DNA of 64,000 bases from Thermodesulfobium acidiphilum (lineage in GTDB: Bacteria > Thermodesulfobiota > Thermodesulfobiia > Thermodesulfobiales > Thermodesulfobiaceae): NCBI RefSeq assembly GCF_003057965.1, contig NZ_CP020921.1, forward strand, positions 608,916 through 672,915, in the 5' to 3' direction. Shown here piece by piece: positions 10,031 to 19,298 of this stretch. The notes beneath the pieces are model-generated. The model made no database searches. It was not told where the DNA came from and worked only from the letters and a program-made list of their open reading frames with translations. Position 1 is the stretch's first letter. Each line of letters begins with the position of its first letter. The translations under genes were made by a program, and so were the position numbers.

Positions 10031-11996
10031 AGTGTTGTCTATTGATTCTTTGTATGATCTCTTGGAAAAGAAAACTGATTTTGAAAAAAGATTAGACCAG
10101 ATAAATATGTCAAAATTAATTTACAAAGGCATGGGAGATTGTGAGATAACATTTATTGAGGCTCCAACTGGCATTGGAAAAACTTACTCTAGTTTAATAC
10201 CATCTATAGTAGAGATAGGCTTAAATAGTTCAAAAATACTCTATCTTACTGCAAAAATTGTTTTGCAGGATCAGTTAATAAAGAAGGATTTGCCAAACTT
10301 GCATAAAATTGCTGAGATAGATTTTAAATATGGTCTAATTAAAGGAAGATCGAATTATTTTTGTTGGCTTCGATTTGATGAAGCCATGAGAACTCAAGGA
10401 CTTATATATCAAAATGATTTGGATTCAATAAGAAATTGGGCAAGAGTCTCTCAGGAGGGAGATTTAAATGAATATGATGATTTTTTGAACTATGAATTAA
10501 AAGATGTAATAAGTGTGGATTATGAAGATTGTCCGGGCAGAAAATGTCCATATTTACTTAGTGGAGCATGCCACTATTTCAGGCTTGTTAATTCTTTAAA
10601 CGATTTAGATATTTTAGTTTCTAATTATCACACGTTTTTTTTTAATTTAGTTAATGGTTCTTTCCCTTTTAATTACGATCATATTCTTATGGATGAGGCC
10701 CACCACTTGCCCGAAATTTTATCCAGTGTTTGTACAAGGCAGATTTCAAAAAACTTTCTAAACTATTTTTTGCCACGCGGTTTTGCTCTAAAAATTGTAG
10801 ACAGAGAACCAGAAATTTTGTCCCCGGTTTTAAATGATTTAAAATTTCTGGAAAACTATGTTAATAATTTAAAAACTTTATATGAGAACTTTTTTGAGGA
10901 ACTTCAGGGTTATTGTCTTGATCCAAAGGTAAATAAAGGTTCAAAAATGGTAACGTTTCATGATGCTTTGTCCTTTTTAGAGAAAAATGGCAACGAAATA
11001 ATAGAGGTTTCAAAAAGGATTTTAAGAGAGTTTGATGAATGGGAGAAATTTTTTCAAAAGGTTGGCACCAAGGGCCTTGCTGATGCAAAACTAAAGTATT
11101 ACAAAAAGAAAATTGATTTTTATGCTCTTGCTATTTCTGATTTTTTAAGCCTTAATGACTATCCTAATTTTTCGTATTCCTTTTTTATTGAGAAGGGTTG
11201 CCTCTCAATTGAGCCTGTTTATGTAAATGGGATTTTCAAAAATTTTTTAGACCTTCAACCCCCAAAATCTGTAACTTTATACTCTGCCACTCTAACTCCA
11301 GATAAAAAAACTTTTACTTATTTGGAGAATGAGCTTGGTTTTAAGGCTGACAACAAAATGATTTATGAGAGTGTATTTAATTATAAAAAACAGGCAAAGT
11401 TAATTATTCCTCAAAATTTTGATATTGATCCAAAATCTTCTCTTTTTTCAACACAGGTAGCATATGCAATTGAACGTATTCTCGATGATTTTGGAGGGCA
11501 TGCTCTTGTTCTATTTACATCACAAAAAAATTTAAATGAAACAAAAAAATTAATAGTTTCAAAGAAGAGAAAGTTTAGATATCTTTTCCAGGGTGAGAAG
11601 CCAAATATCCAATTAATTGAAGAATTTTCGAATGATAGTTCATCTGTTTTGTTTGGACTTAATAGTTTTTGGGAAGGTATCGACGTTCCGGGTCCTTCTC
11701 TTTCACTTTTGATAATTGATAGGATACCCTTTCCTAATCCCAGTGATCCAATGATGATTATGAGAGAGAAGAATGAGGGAAGAGAAGTTTTTAACAAAAG
11801 TTATTTGCCAAGTGCGAAATTATCATTAAGACAGGGCTTTGGAAGGCTTATTAGAAGTAAAAGCGACGTGGGAGTTTTTGTTATTTTAGATTTTAGGATT
11901 TTAAAATGGGGGTTTTTGGAACTTTTTAGACCTTGTGATATTCTATATATGTGGGAAGCAGAATTAGTTAGAAAATTTATCTGGGAAGGTGAATAA
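10017..11996 (+). CDS. dinG: DinG/YoaA-family Fe-S ATP-dependent DNA helicase
   Basis: EAPTGIGKT, KGRSNYFC, C-x4-C-x7-C Fe-S ligands, DEAH, SATL, FWEGIDVPG, QGFGRLIRS. Confidence 0.9.
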   Translation: MEKSKVLSIDSLYDLLEKKTDFEKRLDQINMSKLIYKGMGDCEITFIEAPTGIGKTYSSLIPSIVEIGLNSSKILYLTAKIVLQDQLIKKDLPNLHKIAEIDFKYGLIKGRSNYFCWLRFDEAMRTQGLIYQNDLDSIRNWARVSQEGDLNEYDDFLNYELKDVISVDYEDCPGRKCPYLLSGACHYFRLVNSLNDLDILVSNYHTFFFNLVNGSFPFNYDHILMDEAHHLPEILSSVCTRQISKNFLNYFLPRGFALKIVDREPEILSPVLNDLKFLENYVNNLKTLYENFFEELQGYCLDPKVNKGSKMVTFHDALSFLEKNGNEIIEVSKRILREFDEWEKFFQKVGTKGLADAKLKYYKKKIDFYALAISDFLSLNDYPNFSYSFFIEKGCLSIEPVYVNGIFKNFLDLQPPKSVTLYSATLTPDKKTFTYLENELGFKADNKMIYESVFNYKKQAKLIIPQNFDIDPKSSLFSTQVAYAIERILDDFGGHALVLFTSQKNLNETKKLIVSKKRKFRYLFQGEKPNIQLIEEFSNDSSSVLFGLNSFWEGIDVPGPSLSLLIIDRIPFPNPSDPMMIMREKNEGREVFNKSYLPSAKLSLRQGFGRLIRSKSDVGVFVILDFRILKWGFLELFRPCDILYMWEAELVRKFIWEGE

Positions 11997-12504
11997 TATG
12001 CACCCTTATGTTCAGCTTGCTAAGGAAGCTGTAGAGCTCTGGGTAAAAGAACATAAAAAACCTGATAAGGATGTTAAAAAATCTCCGCTATTTGAAAGAA
12101 AGAGTGCATGCTTTTGCACGATTTATAAAAATAAAGAGTTAAGAGGATGTATTGGTACTATATTTCCCTTGCATGATTCTCTATACGAAGAGATAATAGA
12201 AAACGCAATAAGCGCAGCAACTAGGGATCCAAGGTTTGAACCAGTTAGGGTTGAAGAGCTAAACTTATTAGAATATAAAGTAGATGTCTTGTCTGAAATT
12301 TCTCCTGTGAAGGACTTAAACAAATTGAACCCGAAAATAAACGGAATTATAGTGAAACAAGGTTCTAAGCAAGCCTTACTCCTTCCTGATTTAGAGGGCG
12401 TTGATAGCGTAGAGGATCAAATTAGAATAGTTAAGATGAAGGCGGGCATATTTAATGATTTACCATGTGAGTACTTTACTTTTACCGTTGAGAGATATTC
12501 GTGA
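11989..12504 (+). CDS. AMMECR1-domain protein (AmmeMemoRadiSam protein A-like)
   Basis: ACFCTI...LRGCIGT, AATRDPRF, LLLPD motifs. Confidence 0.9.
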   Translation: MNNMHPYVQLAKEAVELWVKEHKKPDKDVKKSPLFERKSACFCTIYKNKELRGCIGTIFPLHDSLYEEIIENAISAATRDPRFEPVRVEELNLLEYKVDVLSEISPVKDLNKLNPKINGIIVKQGSKQALLLPDLEGVDSVEDQIRIVKMKAGIFNDLPCEYFTFTVERYS

Positions 12505-12527
12505 AATCCAAAAGAAGGAGTGATAAT

Positions 12528-13004
12528 ATGAGAAATTTACTTTTATTTTTAGTTATTTCCTTTGTTATTCTGCTTTTCCAAAGTAGTTCATTTGCCGGAC
12601 CTGAATCAAATCCAAGCCTAGAAGGAACAGTAATTTTTACACATGGTACAGCTACAGATGCGCTAAAGGATTACTTTTCTGATTGGATGAAGGGTGATTA
12701 TGATAAAATGTATCAGTATCTTTTAAAAGGTGATAAAAAGATAATTTCTAAGGATACCTTTGTAAGCGAATTTAAAAAGGCCGAAGCTGGTGGCTTAAGG
12801 CTTGTATCTTTTAAATTATCAAAAGCAGTATTTAAAACTGCCAGAGGTTATGCTGAAATTAATGCGAAGATTACATTTACCGAGAACAATCAAAAATTTG
12901 ATATAGTTAAGACTATAACAATGTATGTAGAAGATAATGAGTGGAGACTCTCTTCGATCCCAATTTATTTCCCTGGATCACCAAGCTCAATGTTACCAGA
13001 TTAA
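12528..13004 (+). CDS. Secreted NTF2-like (DUF4878-like) hypothetical protein
   Basis: SD AAGGAG; signal peptide ending SSFA; GDYDKMYQYL and EDNEWRL patterns. Confidence 0.55.
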   Translation: MRNLLLFLVISFVILLFQSSSFAGPESNPSLEGTVIFTHGTATDALKDYFSDWMKGDYDKMYQYLLKGDKKIISKDTFVSEFKKAEAGGLRLVSFKLSKAVFKTARGYAEINAKITFTENNQKFDIVKTITMYVEDNEWRLSSIPIYFPGSPSSMLPD

Positions 13005-13044
13005 ATGCTTATAAGTTATTTCTTTATTGTAAGGAGGAGTTGCT

Positions 13045-14067
13045 TTGTCTTTAGAGTTTTTGAAAAATGAGGCTATGGAAGAGATAGAAAGAGCTTCTTC
13101 CAGCCAAGAAGTATTGAAAATATATTCAAAATACCTTGGAAGAAAAGGTTTAATTAATGAGCTTTTTACCAAAATGAAAGATTTAGCTCCAGATGAAAAG
13201 AAAAAAATGGGAATAGAGCTAAATAGTATTAAAGCTTTTATAAATGAAGTACGAGACAAAAAACTAAAAATGATTAAAGAACGCGAAATCTATAATAATT
13301 TATCAAAAGTAAAAATTGACAATTCTTTACCAGGTGATTGTAGAAACGTTGGTACTCTACATCCATTAACGAAAGTAATTGATAAAATTATAAACATATT
13401 TGTTGGTATCGGTTATTCAATATTTGAAGGGCCTGAAATAGAAAGTGATTATTATAACTTCGAGGCCTTAAATATACCCAAAGACCATCCCGCAAGAGAA
13501 ATGCAAGACTCATTTTATCTATCAAATGATTTTTTGTTAAGAACTCATACATCGCCTGTTCAAATTAGGGCAATGCAATCATTAAGGCCTCCAATCAGGA
13601 TAATTGCGCCCGGTAAAACTTACAGGAGAGATGCAAAGGATTCAAGACATTCTCCTGTATTTCACCAAGTGGAAGGCTTGGCTATTGGAAAAAGAATTAC
13701 ATTTGCTAATCTAAAAGGAACATTAGAATATTTTGCCAAATCTTTCTTTGGTGAAAAATGCGAAATACAGTTTAGGCCTAGTTATTTTCCATTTACCGAA
13801 CCAAGCGCAGAGGTTGACATAAAGTGTATTTTCTGCGAGGGGAAAGGGTGTACCATCTGTAGTCATACTGGCTGGTTGGAAGTATTGGGAGCTGGAATGG
13901 TTCATCCAAATGTATTAAGAAACGTAGGTTATGACCCTGAAGAGTGGCAGGGTTTTGCTTTTGGGATGGGGCCTGAAAGATTAGCAATGCTTAAATATTC
14001 TATAAACGATATAAGGATGTTTTATGATAATGATATAAGGTTCATTCATTCTTTTATTGGAAGCTAG
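13045..14067 (+). CDS. pheS: Phenylalanine--tRNA ligase alpha subunit
   Basis: HPAREMQD, LRTHTSPVQ, FHQVEG, FPFTEPS, GFAFGMGPER. Confidence 0.98.
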   Translation: MSLEFLKNEAMEEIERASSSQEVLKIYSKYLGRKGLINELFTKMKDLAPDEKKKMGIELNSIKAFINEVRDKKLKMIKEREIYNNLSKVKIDNSLPGDCRNVGTLHPLTKVIDKIINIFVGIGYSIFEGPEIESDYYNFEALNIPKDHPAREMQDSFYLSNDFLLRTHTSPVQIRAMQSLRPPIRIIAPGKTYRRDAKDSRHSPVFHQVEGLAIGKRITFANLKGTLEYFAKSFFGEKCEIQFRPSYFPFTEPSAEVDIKCIFCEGKGCTICSHTGWLEVLGAGMVHPNVLRNVGYDPEEWQGFAFGMGPERLAMLKYSINDIRMFYDNDIRFIHSFIGS

Positions 14068-14115
14068 ATTGTAGTAAATTTAATTCTAATATTTGTTAGA
14101 GGAGGTTTTGTTGTT

Positions 14116-16539
14116 TTGAAAGTCTCTCTGTCATGGCTAAGCGAAATTCTTGAAGAATCTTTAGATGAACGTATTGTTTCAGATATATTACAAAGTTCAG
14201 GCATAGAAGTAGAACAAATAGACGAAGTAAAAACCGATTTTAATAAGGTAGTAATTGGAAGGATTATTAATCACGAAAAACATCCTGATGCAAATAGACT
14301 TTTTGTTGTAGACGTGGATCTTGGAAGGGAAGTTAAAAGAATTGTAACAGCCGCAACTAATTTAAGTGTTGGTGATATTGTACCCGTTGCTCTTCACGGT
14401 TCAAGACTATCAACTGGTACTGTGATAAAAAAAACAAAACTAAGGGGAATTTTATCAGAGGGGATGTTTTGCTCCCCTAATGAGTTGGGTTTTGGGAAAG
14501 ATCATTCTGGTATTATGATTTTAAATGATGAAAAGTTTCAGATAGGATCAGATCTGGCGTCTATCTTGGGCGAGAAAGATTATGTGCTTGATCTCTCGAT
14601 TCCTGCAAATAGGCCCGATCTGATGAGCGTTGTTGGCGTTGCAAGGGAGATTGGTGCTAAATTAAGGTTAATGGTTAAAATTAAAGATTTTGAGTGTAAA
14701 TATTCTAACGATCTCTCTCCTATTAAGGTTAGAATTGACTTTCCAGAAGGTTGTATGGTTTATTTAGGTCAGTGGATTGAAGGTGTAACAATTAAACCAT
14801 CTTCACCCTTTGTAGCTGAAAGGTTAAAAAAAGTTGGTATAAGACCAATTAATAATGTTGTGGATTGTACGAACTATGTAATGTTTCTTCTTGGACACCC
14901 TTTGCATGCATTTGATATGAATAAAATAAACAAAAGAGTTATTGTAAGGCGTGCATTTGATGATGAAAGCCTGGCATTATTAGATGGATCAGAAGTTATA
15001 TTAAATGAAAATGATATAGTAATTGCAGACGAATCAGGCCCAATAGGTCTTGCAGGAATAATGGGAGCTGGTAACTCGGAAATATCAAGTACTACAACTG
15101 ATGTCTTTCTTGAAGCGGCTATCTTTAACCATATAAACATTCGAAGGACATCGAGAAGATTGGGTATTAGAACTGAAGCTTCTATTAGGTTTGAAAAGGG
15201 TCTATATTGGAAAGATGTATCTGAAATAATATCCTTTGCTTCTAAAATGATAGCATCGACTTCAGGGGGTATTTTACACAAAAAGATTGAAATTGATGGA
15301 AAATTACCTGAAAGTTCAAAAGAGATTTTTCTGGTTCCTGAGAAAGTTAATTATATGCTAGGAACAACCTTTTCTAAGACTGATATTCAGGAATCTCTTC
15401 AAAAACTTGGCTTTAAAGTAGAGTGTAAAGATAGATTATTTAAGGTAACCAGTCCTACTTATAGATTGGACATTAAAGAGGCGGAAGATTTAGTTGAAGA
15501 AGTTGCAAGATTTCAAGGATTTGAAAAAATCCCATCTACTTTACCGGGTGAACCTATGCCTGGTTTTTTGCCCAAAAGGATAGAACTTATTAATAGAATT
15601 AAGAGTTATTTTGCAAACAATGGCTTTACAGAATCAATTAGCGATAGTTTAATATCTATGGAAGACGTTTTAAAAACAAACACAATTTCAATGCAGGATA
15701 CAGATAAAGCAACTTTTATTGAAGATAGAGTTATAAAAGTTTTGTCTGCACTTTCTGAAGAACATAGTGTTTTAAGGACTTCAATGCTAGAACCCTTAAC
15801 AATGCTTTTAAAAAGACATTTGAATAGACAAATTTATGATATTTCCTTTTTTGAAGTAGGAAAGGTATTTAAAAAAGTAAACAACTCCTTTTCAGAAGAA
15901 AACCTTTTAGGTGTAATTGCTACAGGTAAAAGACAATTAGATCCATGGAGATTATATGTTGAAGATAAGAATTGGTCTTTTTATCCATTTAAAGGGATTT
16001 TTGAGAATTTCTTTAGATCTTTTGGAATAATAGATTGGGAAATTTCTTCTGATGTAAGCTATGTATTTCATCCATCTATTTCATGTTCATTTGTAGTTAA
16101 AGATAAGAAGGTATTAGAGATAGGTGAAGTTAATCCGAGAATTTTACATAATTGGGAAATAAATCAAACACTTTTTTATGCGCAGCTCTTTATTGATAAA
16201 TTCCTTGATCTGTTAGAATTTAAGAACACTAAACACGTTTTTTCAGTTTTTCCAGCAGCAACCAGGGATATTTCGATACTTGTATCAAAAGAAATATTTT
16301 ATTCTAAAATTAGAAATGAAATTAAAATGTTGAATTGCCCGATACTGGAAAACATAACTATTTTGGACGTTTATCAAGGAAAAGGTATACCTGAAGATAT
16401 GAAAAGTATAACTTTAAGTCTAAGGTTTAGAAGTGAAGAAAAGACTTTATCTAATGAAGAAATAACCGAGTGGATAGAAAAAATAATAAAAAAATTGAAG
16501 GATAGCTTGGGCATTCAAATTAGAAGTGTAAATAATTAA
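14116..16539 (+). CDS. pheT: Phenylalanine--tRNA ligase beta subunit
   Basis: HPDANRL, SEGMFCS, NRPD, RPINNVVD, DLVEEVAR, C-terminal FDX-ACB domain (FPAATRDIS). Confidence 0.97.
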   Translation: MKVSLSWLSEILEESLDERIVSDILQSSGIEVEQIDEVKTDFNKVVIGRIINHEKHPDANRLFVVDVDLGREVKRIVTAATNLSVGDIVPVALHGSRLSTGTVIKKTKLRGILSEGMFCSPNELGFGKDHSGIMILNDEKFQIGSDLASILGEKDYVLDLSIPANRPDLMSVVGVAREIGAKLRLMVKIKDFECKYSNDLSPIKVRIDFPEGCMVYLGQWIEGVTIKPSSPFVAERLKKVGIRPINNVVDCTNYVMFLLGHPLHAFDMNKINKRVIVRRAFDDESLALLDGSEVILNENDIVIADESGPIGLAGIMGAGNSEISSTTTDVFLEAAIFNHINIRRTSRRLGIRTEASIRFEKGLYWKDVSEIISFASKMIASTSGGILHKKIEIDGKLPESSKEIFLVPEKVNYMLGTTFSKTDIQESLQKLGFKVECKDRLFKVTSPTYRLDIKEAEDLVEEVARFQGFEKIPSTLPGEPMPGFLPKRIELINRIKSYFANNGFTESISDSLISMEDVLKTNTISMQDTDKATFIEDRVIKVLSALSEEHSVLRTSMLEPLTMLLKRHLNRQIYDISFFEVGKVFKKVNNSFSEENLLGVIATGKRQLDPWRLYVEDKNWSFYPFKGIFENFFRSFGIIDWEISSDVSYVFHPSISCSFVVKDKKVLEIGEVNPRILHNWEINQTLFYAQLFIDKFLDLLEFKNTKHVFSVFPAATRDISILVSKEIFYSKIRNEIKMLNCPILENITILDVYQGKGIPEDMKSITLSLRFRSEEKTLSNEEITEWIEKIIKKLKDSLGIQIRSVNN

Positions 16540-16585
16540 TAGTTAAATTCCTTCTTTATTTCTTTAGTGAGGCGAAGTTTAAACT

Positions 16586-17080
16586 ATGAATCTTATTGAC
16601 TTATTAATATTAATTGTAATCATACTATCTTATTTTAGTGGTTATAAAACTGGCTTAATAGTTGTTTTTACTTTCTTGTTTGCCTTTTTTTTATCTTTGT
16701 ATCTTACTCCTCACTTGATGAACATTGCTGAGGCTTTTTTTTCAAAAGCTTTATTATTTAATGGTAAATGCCTTATAAGTATTTCTTTTATTTTTACTCT
16801 TCTTATGCTTAATGCTTTAGTTGGTAAATTTTTATTGTTGGTAGCTGATATTTTAGGTATTAGCAGAATATCTAAAAATTCTTTTATTGCCGGTTTTTTG
16901 AACGTTCTTTTATCTATTTTAATGTTAAGTTTAATAATTAAGTCTTTAGATTGGGCAAATATGTATATGCTTTTTTCAAATCAATGGAAAAATTCTTTAA
17001 CTACACACTATTTATTAGAAATAAATAGTAACTTTTTTAAACATCTTCCCTTTAACTTCTTTTTACCATGGAAAAATTAA
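16586..17080 (+). CDS. CvpA (colicin V production) family membrane protein
   Basis: MNLIDLLILIVIILS..GY..G start; hydrophobic; pheT-cvpA-polX synteny. Confidence 0.7.
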   Translation: MNLIDLLILIVIILSYFSGYKTGLIVVFTFLFAFFLSLYLTPHLMNIAEAFFSKALLFNGKCLISISFIFTLLMLNALVGKFLLLVADILGISRISKNSFIAGFLNVLLSILMLSLIIKSLDWANMYMLFSNQWKNSLTTHYLLEINSNFFKHLPFNFFLPWKN

Positions 17081-18789
17081 AGTATAAGAGTAATCAAAGA
17101 TCTGCTGATGTGGCCAGAAGGCTAAAAAATATAATTGATTTTCACCAATTAATTAAGGTTAAAGATATTTCTACTTTTTACAAAGCATTTGACATTGTTT
17201 TAAAATGGAATAAAGAATCTTATATTACAGTTTTTGGAGAAAACAACAACTTGCTTCCAGCAGATATGAAACTAAAATTAAGAAAAATGTTTGCTAGTTT
17301 GAAAATAGACGAGGAAATAGAACTAAATAAAATTAATAATTTTAATAAAGCCCTTTTTAAATTTTGTGGTAGCATTTTGGAGGAAGAAATTTTAGCTAAA
17401 TATAACATATTTGGTCCTATATCTTTTTTTAAAGCTTTTCATTCTTTTAAAGAGTTTAGAAAAACTTTAAATAATTATCTAGATGAAACGAAATTTTATG
17501 AGTTCTATCTTTTCTATTTCAAGAGTTCCAGAAAGCCTATAGGAAGAGCTATTAGGTGTTATGAAAAATTGAAAAAAGTTTATCCCTTATTAGAACCTGT
17601 TGGTTCGCTTTTAAGATTTGATGAAATGATCTATCCAGTAGAATTGATTTCTAGAAGGGATTCTAATTTTGAATGTTTTGACTTAGGAAGTTTTAAATAC
17701 CTTTACAAAACAAATGTTTATATATTGTTTTATGATAAGGAAAGCCAGTTAGAAGTAAAAATATATTTGCCAGATAAAAACTTTATAATTCAAAAATGGT
17801 TTTTGACCGGGACCCTGAGACATAACGAAATTTTAATTGGACTTGCAAAACAAAAATTTGAATCCTTTAAGACTTTTAAACATAATTTCTTTATTAACAA
17901 TAAAAAAATAGAAATTAATTGTGAGGAGGATGTATATAAAAAATTAGGTTTTAATTATATTTATCCTGAATTAAGATGTGGCGAACGTGAACTGTTCAAA
18001 GATAGTAAAGACTTAAATGTTGTGAATTTTACTGATATTAAATCTGATCTACATATTCATACAAATTATAGTGACGGCGCTCATTCAATAGAAGAATTAG
18101 TAAATTTTTATATGTCTAGAGGCTTTCAATATATAGTTTTGACTGATCATTCGGTTTCTCTTTCACAAGGTAGAGGATTAGATATAGACACTTTGATTAA
18201 GAAAAATGAGTTAATAGATAAATTAAACAAGAAGATAGAAAAATTTAAGATATTCAAAGGAGCTGAAGTTGATATATTAGAAGATGGATCTTTAGACTAT
18301 CCCGATTGGGTTTTAGAGAATCTAGATTTTGTTATTGCATCAGTGCATCAAAATTATGACTTAGATGCAGGTGCTATGACCTTTAGGTTTGAAAAAGCCA
18401 TAAAGAATCCTTATGTTCATATGATTGGCCATATAAGCGGAAGGCTTGTTGGCTTCCTGCCAATTTATAAGGTTGACATTAATAAATTGTTAAGACTTGC
18501 TTCTGAATATAATACTATAATTGAAATAAATGGAAATCCAGCCCGGTTGGATTTGGATTGTGCTTCGATTAAAACCTATAAGGATAAATTTAAAAATTTA
18601 TATGCAGTAAACACTGATCTACATAATTTTAGACAATATGATATAAGATTTTATTGTTCTGTAATGACTGCAAGAAAGTCTTATTTAAAAAGTTACGATA
18701 TTGTGAATTCTCTCGATTTAAATGAATTTGAAAATTTGATAAAAGATATAAGAATTAAAAAGCTTCGAAAAAGCAAATTTTTGGTTTAA
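17068..18789 (+). CDS. polX: Non-canonical PolX-PHP fusion (degenerate polymerase site, intact PHP domain)
   Basis: PolX scaffold (GS.LR, TG...HN, EEDVY..LG..YI.PELR) plus PHP motifs DLHIHT..SDG, TDHS, GAEVD, ASVH, GH, EING, NTDLH. Confidence 0.85.
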   Translation: MEKLKYKSNQRSADVARRLKNIIDFHQLIKVKDISTFYKAFDIVLKWNKESYITVFGENNNLLPADMKLKLRKMFASLKIDEEIELNKINNFNKALFKFCGSILEEEILAKYNIFGPISFFKAFHSFKEFRKTLNNYLDETKFYEFYLFYFKSSRKPIGRAIRCYEKLKKVYPLLEPVGSLLRFDEMIYPVELISRRDSNFECFDLGSFKYLYKTNVYILFYDKESQLEVKIYLPDKNFIIQKWFLTGTLRHNEILIGLAKQKFESFKTFKHNFFINNKKIEINCEEDVYKKLGFNYIYPELRCGERELFKDSKDLNVVNFTDIKSDLHIHTNYSDGAHSIEELVNFYMSRGFQYIVLTDHSVSLSQGRGLDIDTLIKKNELIDKLNKKIEKFKIFKGAEVDILEDGSLDYPDWVLENLDFVIASVHQNYDLDAGAMTFRFEKAIKNPYVHMIGHISGRLVGFLPIYKVDINKLLRLASEYNTIIEINGNPARLDLDCASIKTYKDKFKNLYAVNTDLHNFRQYDIRFYCSVMTARKSYLKSYDIVNSLDLNEFENLIKDIRIKKLRKSKFLV

Positions 18790-18841
18790 AAATGGGGTGT
18801 TACTTATTTTAATATATGATAAAAATTATGGTGTTTGAAAT

Positions 18842-19297
18842 ATGATAAGTAAATTGTGGTGGCATATTAAAAGACTGTTTAAGATTTTAATAGCAATGTT
18901 TATAGTAATTTTTTTGCCTCTTTATTGGTTTATTAATCAGGTAGGGCCAAAATATTATATAAGTTCTGAAACCCCAAGTTTTGTTGTTGAAAAGTACCTA
19001 GATGGTAAAAAAAATGATGATTTTTATGAAATATATACTAATTATCCATCTGTCTTTAAAAAAGAATTGTATGGAATTGCTTATAGTGGATGGGCAAAAA
19101 ACATATATCAGGAAGTAAGATATAGAGTAGTTGATGTTAAAAATTTTGGTAATGAGGCTTATGTTAATGTTCTTGTAACCTTAATAGGAGGAGATAGGAA
19201 AATGACACAATATGTTTTAAGAAAAGAAAATGGTTTATGGAAAATTGTTTATGATAGGAACTTAGGTTTTGTAGAATTTTCTACAAAGGCTAATTGA
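18842..19297 (+). CDS. Membrane-anchored NTF2-like (DUF4878-like) hypothetical protein
   Basis: N-terminal [26 protein letters not shown] patterns. Confidence 0.55.
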   Translation: MISKLWWHIKRLFKILIAMFIVIFLPLYWFINQVGPKYYISSETPSFVVEKYLDGKKNDDFYEIYTNYPSVFKKELYGIAYSGWAKNIYQEVRYRVVDVKNFGNEAYVNVLVTLIGGDRKMTQYVLRKENGLWKIVYDRNLGFVEFSTKAN

Positions 19298-19298
19298 T

